IMG/VR virus record: IMGVR_UViG_3300010885_065725
DNA length: 64,000 nt
Reading direction: 5' to 3' (one strand)
Origin: a virus
Taxonomy: Duplodnaviria; Heunggongvirae; Uroviricota; Caudoviricetes
Positions 1-9,962 of this stretch are shown here, piece after piece. A program made the translations under genes and the position numbers. Each line of letters opens with the position of its first letter. Positions within the stretch are counted from its first letter, which is position 1. Below the pieces are notes generated by a model that saw only the letters and a program-made list of their open reading frames with translations, ran no database searches and was not told where the DNA came from.

Positions 1-107
1 ATGCAAAACAAAAAGCTCTTCTCTTTGCATACCGGAATGGTCTGTGGTGCGATCAGCCAGTCAAAAAAGTCAATGTTGTTTTATCTTAATTTTTAGAGGC
101 ATATATT

Positions 108-1055
108 ATGAGAAAGAAAAGAACTGTTACCAAACCTGCAATAACAAAGAACAGGCAAAAACTTTTAGATATGGGATATTCCTTACAGGAAATTGTAGAA
201 AATAATTTGAATATTAATACAGTAGGTTTACATCAACAACAACAGAGTGCTCCTGTGTCTTCTGTTCAGGTAGCAGAAAGATTTATGAGTGACGAAGAAA
301 TTTTAGATCGTCAGGTATCTTTCTTTGATACTTTGGATAAGATTGCTCATGGTGTCGCAAATGGCATAAGTAAGGCTCTTGTTATCTCTGGCAGTGCAGG
401 TATCGGTAAATCGTATGGTGTAGAGAAGATATTGTCTAATATGGATGACAGTGAAGTTAATCATTGTTATGTTACCGGACATTGCACACCTACAGGTCTT
501 TTTCAGACATTTTATAATTATAGATTTGAAAAATGTGTCATTGTATTTGATGATACTGACAGTATTTTTAATAATGAGACATCATTAGGAATATTGAAGC
601 ATGCTCTGGACATGAAGAAGGAAAGAAAAATTTCATGGCTTTCTAAAACAGAAATAAAGGACGAAGATGGTGAAGTAATACCTGCAACATTCACATTCGA
701 GGCATCCGTAATTTTTATTTCTAATATCAATCTCTCTGCAATAGTAGAGCAGAATAATAAATTGTCTCCGCATGTGAACGCGATAATTTCCAGATCATTG
801 TATCTTGATTGCTATAGTATCTTTAAGACTGACCGTGACTATCTTTTGAGAATTGATTATTTGAAGGGTTCGATATTTAGAAGAGAAAACATTGACAATG
901 CTGGCAGAGATATTATAATGTCATACATCAGCGATAATTCTGCGAATATGAGAGAATTATCTCTGAGACTGATATCTAAATTGTGTCATATTTATAAAAT
1001 ATCTGGTAAAGATAATTTTTCTGAAATGGCAACTGCATTAACTGGAAGGAGATAA
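108..1055 (+). CDS. P-loop NTPase (AAA-like ATPase), function unknown
   Basis: Walker A GSAGIGKS and Walker B-like VIVFDDTDS in the translation. No specific family recognised. Confidence 0.4.
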   Translation: MRKKRTVTKPAITKNRQKLLDMGYSLQEIVENNLNINTVGLHQQQQSAPVSSVQVAERFMSDEEILDRQVSFFDTLDKIAHGVANGISKALVISGSAGIGKSYGVEKILSNMDDSEVNHCYVTGHCTPTGLFQTFYNYRFEKCVIVFDDTDSIFNNETSLGILKHALDMKKERKISWLSKTEIKDEDGEVIPATFTFEASVIFISNINLSAIVEQNNKLSPHVNAIISRSLYLDCYSIFKTDRDYLLRIDYLKGSIFRRENIDNAGRDIIMSYISDNSANMRELSLRLISKLCHIYKISGKDNFSEMATALTGRR

Positions 1056-1225
1056 AAAAATGACTGCAAGATACATTATAATACAAAAGAATTTCCCTAT
1101 TTGGAGTATATATTCGACAGAGCAAAAAATGTATGTCAACAGACTAGGACAAGAGGATAAACTTGGGTTTTTAACTCTTGTCGAAGCACAAGCATCATTG
1201 AATTTTATATTAAAAGGTTATTAAA

Positions 1226-1783
1226 ATGAATATATTTTATCTCTCAAAAAACACTTCAGAATGTGCACAGATGCACAATGATAAACATTGTGTAAAAATG
1301 ATACTGGAGTATTCTCAATTGCTTTCTACTGCTCACCGAATTCTTGATGGTGTAGAATATATCGATGATTCTTCTGGCAGAAATATCAAAAGATGGAAAC
1401 TTGATTTTGAAAGTTATGAAAATGTGTTGTACAAGGCAACACACATCAATCATCCTTCTGCAGTATGGGTAAGACAGACATACGAAAATTATCGATGGTT
1501 GCATGCACTGTTAAGGCATTTGTGTCGTGAGTACACTCACAGATACGGAAGGATACATAAATGTGAGTCTTCTGGTCTTGTAGAGAAATTATCATATACT
1601 CCTTTCAATATTCCTATTGTAGGATTATTTTCTGAGCCTCCTGCATGCATGCCAGAGAAATATATAATACATAATGATGCAGTATGGTCATACCAGAATT
1701 ATTATGTATTTGAGAAAGATCATCTTGCAAAATGGACAAAAAGAGAAGTTCCCGAATTTTATAGTAAAAGGAAAATGTTGTAA
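1226..1783 (+). CDS. hypothetical protein
   Basis: 185-aa ORF in a compact plus-strand gene string. No recognisable motif. Confidence 0.3.
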   Translation: MNIFYLSKNTSECAQMHNDKHCVKMILEYSQLLSTAHRILDGVEYIDDSSGRNIKRWKLDFESYENVLYKATHINHPSAVWVRQTYENYRWLHALLRHLCREYTHRYGRIHKCESSGLVEKLSYTPFNIPIVGLFSEPPACMPEKYIIHNDAVWSYQNYYVFEKDHLAKWTKREVPEFYSKRKML

Positions 1784-2235
1784 TGATAAAAAAAGTTGGA
1801 GTTATTTCTGGATGGATTGGAATGGTATTGATTCAATGTGCAACAGTACCTACCACAATAAAAATTCTTTATGGGACAACAGAGAGAATTCCTCCTATGG
1901 ACATGGTATTATTGGTATGGGCAGGATTGTTTCTTTTTCTTGTCCGTTCAATAATTAATAGAGACACATTGTATATTGTGTCGAATTCGACAGGAATATT
2001 TTTCCAGTCGCTTCTTTTGATAGTAATATTAATAAAATAGGAAAATATAAATGAATAATTATGTTGCAAAACATGCAGGTAAATTCAATACGTCAAAGAT
2101 AATTCCTTCAGGAAAAGAGTATGACAGAACAAAAAAATATGAAGAGGTAAATAATCATATTTTTTTTATGTCAGATGAAGAGAAAGAAGAGGATAAAATG
2201 CTGGAAGAAGAATTATTGTATTATTATATGAGGAA

Positions 2236-2874
2236 TTAAAATATTTCTACGATAATATCTTCTATGTCAGTAATTTTTTGTGAAAGAAGAATATCTGCAG
2301 AAGTTTGTTTTTTTACTGCAATCTTTATGTCATATTCTACATAGTCATTGCCACTCATTTCTCGCAGGATATTACAGTATTCTTCGTTTACCAGACCTAT
2401 TTCATGTTCCTGAACAACAAAAATGTCTTCCATTGCAACTGCAATATATTTTTGTTTTAGAAACATCTGCTTTTTTTCTGTTGCAATTCTTCTTACCATC
2501 GCATAATATGCAATAGTGGTCATGTAAGGGAATGCACCTATAGTCTTTTTTCCGGTTCTCTTAGAGATTGCTTCAGGATTATATCTATCGAAGTATCTTA
2601 TACAATTTTCTATTGCATCAGAAATCATTTCGTCCTTGAACGAATAATTCTGAAAACATGGCATATTTGCTATTCTTGTTGCAATGAGAATGATACATTC
2701 TCCGAGATATCTTGTTTGTGTAATAGAAGGATCAAGTTTTTTCAATTCGATCCATTTTATTGCTTCTTCTGTAAATTTTTCGTTGTCAATATAATTTTCT
2801 GTCTGCTTCTTGAATTTCGTTGTCATTGTATTATTATCCATTTTATATATAAAGAAATAGTGGTAGGAGATCAT
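2236..2874 (-). CDS. 55: late-transcription sigma factor (T4 gp55 family)
   Basis: Translation aligns by eye to T4 gp55 (GECIILIATRIAN..FKDEMISDAIENCIRYFDRYNPE..TIAYYAMVRRIATEKKQ vs T4 [57 protein letters not shown]). The true start may be the internal MDNN. Confidence 0.7.
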   Translation of the reverse strand: MISYHYFFIYKMDNNTMTTKFKKQTENYIDNEKFTEEAIKWIELKKLDPSITQTRYLGECIILIATRIANMPCFQNYSFKDEMISDAIENCIRYFDRYNPEAISKRTGKKTIGAFPYMTTIAYYAMVRRIATEKKQMFLKQKYIAVAMEDIFVVQEHEIGLVNEEYCNILREMSGNDYVEYDIKIAVKKQTSADILLSQKITDIEDIIVEIF

Positions 2875-2910
2875 AGCAGAAATGTTTCTACCACTATTTA
2901 TATAAAATTT

Positions 2911-3282
2911 CTAGTGTTTTATTTCAGATTCTTCGTTATCAGGATAATATATATTGCTCCATTTAGTATAATTTTCTTTGCCGTTATCGCTTGCCTCTTC
3001 TGCCCATACAACATCCAAAGCAGAGACTGCCACCATATCATATTTTGCAAAATGTATTGCAGGTGCCAGTTCAAGACTTTTTCCATGGTTGTATATGATC
3101 TGCAGAGGTTTTTTTAAAAGAAACACAGCCGAACCAAATTCATCATTAACATCGTCATCTTTATTGCCAAACCCTAAATTTTCTGACAATTCTTCTTTAG
3201 GAATAACTATTGCCGCAGAAAGATAATCTCTTTCTGCTATTTTCAAAACAAATATTCCCATATTTTTTTCATATTCTTTCAT
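2911..3282 (-). CDS. hypothetical protein
   Basis: 123-aa ORF with the same orientation and packing as its neighbours. Confidence 0.3.
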   Translation of the reverse strand: MKEYEKNMGIFVLKIAERDYLSAAIVIPKEELSENLGFGNKDDDVNDEFGSAVFLLKKPLQIIYNHGKSLELAPAIHFAKYDMVAVSALDVVWAEEASDNGKENYTKWSNIYYPDNEESEIKH

Positions 3283-3296
3283 ATAATTCTCTCTCT

Positions 3297-4082
3297 CTAT
3301 ACATTAATAATTTTTAATTGGAATGGTTCAGGTATTTCTTTTTTGTAGCCTCGTGCATTATTGATAACAGTACAATTTCCTATTTTATATTCGTGTCTCC
3401 AGTGAGTATGTCCACATATCCAGTAATTCACTCCTTCAAAATATTCTTCTGGTAGTTCATTCATGAAATATGCAGAAATGGGGTCTCTGGAATGCTTCTC
3501 TTCAAGAGATCTGAGAGAAGGAGGGAAATGTGTCACAACAACAGTTTTTCCTTCGTAGGGTGTCATAATTTCTTTTAAAAGAAATTCTTTTGCCTCAATA
3601 TGTAATTGTGTCATAATTTTTACAGAAAATATTTCTTCTCCATATTTTATCTGCCTAAAATCGTTGATGCTCTTTTCTAATTTCAATATGTCAAAAGGAT
3701 CTTTATTGTTGAACAACAAAGGAAGAGAACTGCAGTCGCTCCACAACAAAGAACAAATGAATCTGATCTTTCTTTTCTTGTTGTAGTACACCTGATTATT
3801 GAAACATCCTCCTGCCTTTATATTTTCCCATTTATAATTTTTTAGACTATTCCCAAGAGAAAAATATTCTTCTCCATAAAATTCATGGTTTCCTGGGATA
3901 TATACTACTTCTTTGTTTGTGAATCTCCAATCAATAAAGGAGCATCCATAAGTACCAGAATCAACATCTCCGCACACAATATATATGTCTGCATCATCAA
4001 GATATCCGAGTTCGTCCCATGGTCTAATATGAAGGTCACTCATTACTGCTATTTTCGTCATATTTTTGCTTCTGTTGGTCAA
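3297..4082 (-). CDS. calcineurin-like metallophosphoesterase
   Basis: Metallophosphatase motifs: MSDLHI, GDVDSG (GDxxD), GNHEFY (GNHE), GHTHW (GHxH). Confidence 0.6.
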   Translation of the reverse strand: MTNRSKNMTKIAVMSDLHIRPWDELGYLDDADIYIVCGDVDSGTYGCSFIDWRFTNKEVVYIPGNHEFYGEEYFSLGNSLKNYKWENIKAGGCFNNQVYYNKKRKIRFICSLLWSDCSSLPLLFNNKDPFDILKLEKSINDFRQIKYGEEIFSVKIMTQLHIEAKEFLLKEIMTPYEGKTVVVTHFPPSLRSLEEKHSRDPISAYFMNELPEEYFEGVNYWICGHTHWRHEYKIGNCTVINNARGYKKEIPEPFQLKIINV

Positions 4083-4090
4083 ATAATAAA

Positions 4091-4120
4091 AAAAGGCTAC
4101 GTCAGGTAGCCTTTTTATTT
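4091..4120. terminator. bidirectional rho-independent terminator hairpin
   Basis: GGCTAC-gtcag-GTAGCC stem-loop flanked by an A-run on one side and a T-run on the other, lying between two minus-strand genes. Confidence 0.5.
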
Positions 4121-4152
4121 AATGTTGTTATATGGTGCCTTAAATTTGATAT

Positions 4153-4614
4153 TTACGACATTTTTAATGAGTCTTCCAGAACTTTCACGCGGATATTATT
4201 GAAATAAAGTTGAGTGAGCCACAGATACTGTTCTTCTTTCGTTATTTCCTCGTCTAATACGATTTCAAGATCATCTTCTGTGTGATAGACTTCAAAAATA
4301 TTCGGCATTGTTTTCATGTCAATAGTTCCGGAAGGGAACAGAGAATCAATTTCTGAGTCTTCCATAAGAAAACACATCAATTCTATTGCAGAAGCATATC
4401 CTTTGAATCTGGAAGAATTACGGGAGAGTGACGTTGCAAGAACTTTACCGTATTCTATGCTCCATAGAATTGTCTGATTTTTTTCTTCTTCTTCTCTGTC
4501 TACTCTGTCATCCTCTTTTTTACAAAAGAAGAAAGAATAATTACCGAAAAACGTCAGATATATGTCTGTCAAGATTAAAAAAATAAGAATAATATATAAT
4601 ACTTCATTTGTCAT
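4153..4614 (-). CDS. hypothetical protein (acidic)
   Basis: 153-aa ORF followed by the terminator hairpin. Confidence 0.3.
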   Translation of the reverse strand: MTNEVLYIILIFLILTDIYLTFFGNYSFFFCKKEDDRVDREEEEKNQTILWSIEYGKVLATSLSRNSSRFKGYASAIELMCFLMEDSEIDSLFPSGTIDMKTMPNIFEVYHTEDDLEIVLDEEITKEEQYLWLTQLYFNNIRVKVLEDSLKMS

Positions 4615-4645
4615 TTTTTGCAGTTTCCCATTATAAATTAATAAA

Positions 4646-4915
4646 TTATTTTTGTTCTGTCGTAGACATAATAATAATTTCTAATTGTTCAGAATATTGT
4701 TTTCTGAGACGATCTCTTTCTATTATTTTTTCTTTTATTTCTTTTGAAATACACACAACATCTTTTGCTCCGAAAGTAGGGAGAATAGGTCTGTTGGGAA
4801 GTACAAGAGGAACAGTTTTATATATTATTCTTTCTGTTGGTGTCGGTGGTTCTGTATGAAAATAAGAACATCCACTAAGAAGGAATACTGCAATCACAAT
4901 ACTATATATTTTCAT
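4646..4915 (-). CDS. putative lipoprotein
   Basis: N-terminal signal sequence with lipobox-like LLSGC (MKIYSIVIAVFLLSGCS). Confidence 0.4.
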   Translation of the reverse strand: MKIYSIVIAVFLLSGCSYFHTEPPTPTERIIYKTVPLVLPNRPILPTFGAKDVVCISKEIKEKIIERDRLRKQYSEQLEIIIMSTTEQK

Positions 4916-5557
4916 ATCTTATGAATCCTGTCCGAATTGATCATCGAATTGGGCATCAACAGATTTCTTTTTTGCTTTTGCAGTATCTTCTGTCTGTTTT
5001 TTTCTTACTTTTTCTAATGCAACATTTGTTTTTTCTAATTGCTCTACTGCAACAGAATTTTGGTTTGCTCTTATTTCCTGCAGAACTGCCTTTTCTGTTA
5101 CTTCTGCAAGTGTCACTTCCTTTTTCTTTTCTGCAGTACTATTTTTGAAAAAGGAAGTTAAAAAAGTTATAATCAAATTTATTAGTGTCATAATATATGT
5201 AATTGTGTAGTTATTTTTTCGCGTTTGCAAGTAATTGCTGCACAGCAATCTCAATTGCAAGATTAATTGTAGAAGTTTTTATATCTTTCTGAGAATTTAC
5301 TAATTCTGCACCAATCAACTTAAACGCAGAAACGAATTTATCTTTAGAAGTAACGATAGAAGGATCTGCTTCAATAATATGTACTGATCTAACTGCAATA
5401 GGAATAACAATTAATAATTCTTGTTGCAGAGCAGTTCTGAACAAAACAGCAAATGCTTTTCCGATAGTGCCCAAATTTTTTAATAGAAATGTGATAATAG
5501 CTTGTGTCATTTTTTTTCCTTTATGATAATAGAATAATGCTTAATATTTATGTTTTT

Positions 5558-5746
5558 TTACCACATACCGAACCATATACCGAATCCATGAACAATTGCA
5601 ATAGGAAAAGCAATTGCACCTGCAATCAAAAATCCCCATTGTTCTGCTTCAATACAATTCAATACATGAGTTCCCCATGCAGAAATATTTACAATTAAAA
5701 TTGTTCCTACAATTAATACATATTGCATATCTTTATTTGGTTTCAT
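5558..5746 (-). CDS. small membrane protein
   Basis: 62 aa with two hydrophobic helices (VLIVGTILIVNI..; FLIAGAIAFPIAIV). Confidence 0.3.
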   Translation of the reverse strand: MKPNKDMQYVLIVGTILIVNISAWGTHVLNCIEAEQWGFLIAGAIAFPIAIVHGFGIWFGMW

Positions 5747-6139
5747 AATGTTTTCTCACTTAACAATTTTTTTTGCATATTTAAAGTTTCAAAATATTTA
5801 ATTATTGCTTTTATTTTTAAATTGTTCATATCAAAATAAATATAATTTTCTACTGCATTCAATATTTTTTCTTTTTCGAACGAAAATACTTCTTCTGAAT
5901 TATGCATAATCATCTGATCTTCTGATTAGATAAGAATCGTCTCCTAGAAGTTCCCATAACAATTTTTCTCCTATACAGAGACCAGTTGCTTCGATGATGT
6001 CATCTGTCAATTCAATGAACAGATCACTGTCTTCATTTTCTTGAACTTCTATTTCCCATGTAGGATTTTCGTTTTCTTCTGCCATATTATATTTCTCTCA
6101 TTTTAAAATTAAATAATTACGTTTTTTACTATTATACCA

Positions 6140-7849
6140 CTATTTTTTAAACATTGCAAATAAATTTGTTGTTTTCTTTGATTCATATCCTATAGAATTT
6201 AAAATTTTGGTCAATGGAGCAATGAATGCTTTTTCAAATTGCATATTATAATCTATATATTTTTCTAATTTAAATTCTTCTGGTAGTTCATCAGGAAATG
6301 CAATAATATTTTGCTGTAATGGATTAGGTTCTCTCATATAACAATATTTTACCTTGTCTCCGTCCACAATGTCGCTGTATATATGGGCAATTTTAAGTTT
6401 TTTTACTGTTCTATTGAAATTTATTGCTCCTCTTACCTGTGCAGGACATCTTTTCTTTACTCCATATTCAGAATAGTATTTCATCATGTTATCTATTCCT
6501 CTTGGAAATGAGATTTCGTGTACAGGTCGATTCATAAAATCTTTCTTTACGTCTTCAATATATTTTATGACTGTATCATTATCAGATGTCAGAATCAATT
6601 CAATAGAATTCTTCAGAGATTCTCTTATACATTCTGGAGTAGAAGATCGAACAACTTCTAGTCCCATTATCTTAATGTAATATGGGTCATACCATATGCC
6701 CTCAGAATTGTGTACCAACATGGCATACTTTTTCTTTGCAGTCCAAAAAGAAGTAGAAGATATTGCTTCTCTCTTGAAATGTAATTTATGTTCGTATCCA
6801 TTAGTATATTCGTACAATTCTGTATAACATTTATCGAACACCTTAGAAATTTTCTTTTCACATACTGCATCAAGAAATTCTACTTTTTCTTTTGTGGTAG
6901 CATCAGATTTAAATTTAGAAATAAATTCATTCATGTCCAGATATATCGAATCAGTATCTTCGTATACTACCCAATCTTTTGTGACAGGAGTATCAAATAA
7001 ATTATTCATATAATTATTAATATACTTTTCGCCATACTTCAATGCCATCTGCCCTGATGCCGTGATCGCAAGAGCAAGACGCAGATCAAACATCTTGAAA
7101 TATACATTAGAAATACCTCCATAGAGAGAATTCAATGTCAATTTCAATGCCTGTTCAAAATTGCTGTACATTGCTATCTCATTATCAATTTGTTTCCTTT
7201 CTTCTGCAGAATATTCTCCTACTATTCGCTTCAGGTCTAACATTTTCCCTTTATATGTCTTCCTGTCAGATAACATTTTCTTACACAGTATAGGCAAAAA
7301 TCCTTCTACATTCTTGTCGAACATTGCACCATTTGCCGCAATACAAATGTTCTCTTCTTTCAAATATTCCAGATCATATTCTTTTTCGACAAAAGAAGCG
7401 ATAGAATTATTTTCTTCGCTCATACCAACAAATGTTTCAGGAGAAATATTATATTGACAAATTAAACTAGGATAGAGAGCCGTTGCATCAAAAGATACTA
7501 TCCATTTTTTTAAGCCATGCGTAGGTTCTTTTACATATGCCCCTGCAAATTTTTCTGCCTCTACCTTTTGTATAGAAAATGGAGGAATTGTATTACTTTC
7601 TAGTAAATGATTGTTAATGATTGCTTCCCATGTCTTCACAGGAGAATAACAGTCACCATAGTTTATTTTTGCAATATATGCAATCTTTAGTGCAATCTGA
7701 ATGAGTGTAAGTTTTTCTTCTAGTCTCTTCACAAGATTAGTGTCTTGTATATTATATAAGACAAATTTGTTAAACGCTCTTTGTTTCAGGTCTTTATCTA
7801 ATGCACCATATTCCGCAAGAAGTTCACTATCACTCATTTCTTCAAACAT
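6140..7849 (-). CDS. 43: DNA polymerase, C-terminal polymerase-domain cistron (43B)
   Basis: Family B polymerase motifs: KxxxNSLYGG (KLTLNSLYGGISNVY) and YEDTDSIYL (YGDTDS motif C). The N-terminus aligns to T4 gp43 at about residue 370 (YNIQDTNLVKRLEEK..PVKTWEAIINN vs T4 YNIIDVESVQAIDKI..PIKTWDAIIFN). Length 569 aa; together with the 328-aa 43A this gives 897 aa, close to T4 gp43 at 898 aa. Confidence 0.8.
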   Translation of the reverse strand: MFEEMSDSELLAEYGALDKDLKQRAFNKFVLYNIQDTNLVKRLEEKLTLIQIALKIAYIAKINYGDCYSPVKTWEAIINNHLLESNTIPPFSIQKVEAEKFAGAYVKEPTHGLKKWIVSFDATALYPSLICQYNISPETFVGMSEENNSIASFVEKEYDLEYLKEENICIAANGAMFDKNVEGFLPILCKKMLSDRKTYKGKMLDLKRIVGEYSAEERKQIDNEIAMYSNFEQALKLTLNSLYGGISNVYFKMFDLRLALAITASGQMALKYGEKYINNYMNNLFDTPVTKDWVVYEDTDSIYLDMNEFISKFKSDATTKEKVEFLDAVCEKKISKVFDKCYTELYEYTNGYEHKLHFKREAISSTSFWTAKKKYAMLVHNSEGIWYDPYYIKIMGLEVVRSSTPECIRESLKNSIELILTSDNDTVIKYIEDVKKDFMNRPVHEISFPRGIDNMMKYYSEYGVKKRCPAQVRGAINFNRTVKKLKIAHIYSDIVDGDKVKYCYMREPNPLQQNIIAFPDELPEEFKLEKYIDYNMQFEKAFIAPLTKILNSIGYESKKTTNLFAMFKK

Positions 7850-8001
7850 AAAATCTCCAATAATAAATTTATACTATACTACAAAACATATTAAAATAAA
7901 TAGTAAACTTTTTAATTTTTATAAATAATATTAAAACAAAAAAATGCCAATCACGGGTTTCTGACACCCTATTGGCTCTAATACTATAACGGAGTATCAG
8001 C

Positions 8002-8757
8002 ATGAATATTTATACGACTATCATACCAACCTATCTTTACATCAAAAGGCATTCAGTTACCAAGTTAAAATACTTCGGTAAAACTTCCTTAGATGATCCA
8101 ATAAAATATCTAGGCTCAGGAACCTATTGGACAAAGCATATTAACAAACACGGCAAACAATTCGTTGATACTATTTGGTTATCTGATTTATATACTGATA
8201 TATCTATCTCCGAACACGCTCTTCATTTTTCGCACGAAAATGATATAGTTAAATCAGACGAGTGGGCTAATCTAAAACTAGAAAATGGTTTAGATGGCGG
8301 AGCATATTTACCATCACAACCTACAGTAGAAAGAATTTGTTATTGTGGAAATATTTTTCAAACTAAACACTCTAGCAAAAAGGCTACTTGTGGGTATTCC
8401 TGCTCAAATACCATTACTGCTAATAAAAGAATACCAATCGCATTAAATAATAATATCTATATATTTAAAAACCTATTCAATAACGAAATTATACACTCTA
8501 CTATTTTTGATTTTAAAAAATATTCTTTTCTTTCTGCAGCAAATATAAATCATTTAGTACATGGAAATCATAAAATAATAAAATATTGGACTATTTTTGA
8601 TACTGTAGCAAATAAATTTAGAAATGAAATTCCAAATAAATCTCCCCCAAAACCATTAACTAAAATTTGCTCCCATTGCAATAAAGAAATATCATATGCA
8701 AATTATGTTAGGTGGCATGGGGATAATTGCAAAATGATATCATTCATTATGAATTAA
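8002..8757 (+). mobile_element. free-standing GIY-YIG homing endonuclease gene (Seg-like)
   Basis: N-terminal GIY-YIG-type motifs PTYLYIKRHSVTKLKYFGKT...YLGSGTYW. Opposite strand to the polymerase cistrons it separates. GGAG ribosome-binding site upstream. Its 3' end overlaps the 43A stop. Confidence 0.75.
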
Positions 8758-9726
8758 ACCTCTCAATAAAAGCTCTTTTTTTATCAAAGTTCTCCTAAGC
8801 CCCAGTTCATCTATTTCTTGATGATCTGGGCGGATTTTTTCTATATCATATTCACCAGAATAAAATTCTTTGAATGTCTTATAGGGGTTTTTTAATTTGT
8901 TTTGTTTTAATTCATAATATCCAATCGTATCTAATTTATAATTTTCTCTTGTAATAAAAGTAAACTTCTTATATAAATTTAAGTAGTCAAGATGTTGCAC
9001 TCCATATATGTCATATGTGTTTACTATTTTTACACTCTTATCTTTTTTCTTTGTTCTTATTTCTCTTGCGCTCACTACTCCAAAAGGAGAAAGTCTTTTT
9101 GCATATTCTACTCCGAGAATCTCAGAAATTCTATTGTAGATATATGGAATATCAAATGATTCTGTGTTCCATCCGGAAACAATATCAGGATAATGAGAAG
9201 ACCAGTATTGTACGAATTTACGCAGAAGAACTATTTCTCCGTCACATTCTACATAATTAATGGATTCGTCCCCTGTATACGGCTTATATCCAAATGTTAT
9301 TATTCCATTCTTACTGGAACACAAAGTAATAAGAGTAATTTTTTCTTTTGCCGTGTCCGGATGTGGAAAACAATCTCCTACTTCTGTCTCAATATCAATA
9401 AAGCACATATCAATATCATTAATATTATACTTTACTTCTTCTTTATATTCTTCTGCAAGGAACTGATAGCTATAGTTACCATTCCCGTATAACTTCATGT
9501 TCTCTATATCTTTGTGTCGCTCAATAAAGCTCTTACATTCCTTTATGGTAACAAAACTATGCTCTACTAAAGGTTCTTTATATATCGTACAATGAGTAGC
9601 ATCTAGTTGAGATTTTGTGTATATTTTTGGAGAGAATTTAAACTTACTTCTGGTTCTTTCTCCATTTTCAATATACGAATAAAATAATGTGTCGCCAATC
9701 TGTCTAATATCAGTATAAAATTTCAT
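8740..9726 (-). CDS. 43: DNA polymerase, N-terminal 3'-5' exonuclease-domain cistron (43A)
   Basis: Exo I motif FIDIETE, and SGWNTESFDIPYIYNR, RLSPFGVV, LDYLNLYKKFTF align with T4 gp43 SGWNIEGFDVPYIMNR, RFSPIGRV, LDYLDLYKKFAF. Ends where 43B begins in the T4 alignment. Confidence 0.8.
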   Translation of the reverse strand: MKFYTDIRQIGDTLFYSYIENGERTRSKFKFSPKIYTKSQLDATHCTIYKEPLVEHSFVTIKECKSFIERHKDIENMKLYGNGNYSYQFLAEEYKEEVKYNINDIDMCFIDIETEVGDCFPHPDTAKEKITLITLCSSKNGIITFGYKPYTGDESINYVECDGEIVLLRKFVQYWSSHYPDIVSGWNTESFDIPYIYNRISEILGVEYAKRLSPFGVVSAREIRTKKKDKSVKIVNTYDIYGVQHLDYLNLYKKFTFITRENYKLDTIGYYELKQNKLKNPYKTFKEFYSGEYDIEKIRPDHQEIDELGLRRTLIKKELLLRGLIHNE

Positions 9727-9929
9727 CGATAGTCAAAAATATCTATTTGTGTATATTCCTTTCTTTTTTTGGTATTATGCATTCTATTGTTTTCACAATA
9801 TTCACATCCTCCATTATTTCTGCAGGACTTATCACATTTTTTTGAACCATAATATTTCTTTCTATGATCTTTTCTATTAGGATATTCTTTATCAAATGAC
9901 ATAATTTTCTCTTTTTTTATATTTAACAT
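9723..9929 (-). CDS. small Cys-rich (zinc-binding?) protein
   Basis: 68 aa with CDKSC...CEYC. Confidence 0.3.
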   Translation of the reverse strand: MLNIKKEKIMSFDKEYPNRKDHRKKYYGSKKCDKSCRNNGGCEYCENNRMHNTKKRKEYTQIDIFDYR

Positions 9930-9962
9930 ATATACACATAATACAGTATATTTTATGCACTG

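Noticed and set aside
2896-2903. Confident late promoter for gp55
   Set aside because: TATAAATA occurs here, but the genome is about 70% A+T, so such octamers occur by chance. Kept only as part of the inverted-repeat observation.
6140-9726. Intein or group I intron as the cause of the split DNA polymerase
   Set aside because: No Hint-domain motifs (C/S...HN) at the junctions. The intervening DNA encodes a free-standing homing endonuclease on the opposite strand and 43B has its own ribosome-binding site, so it is two cistrons rather than a spliced gene.
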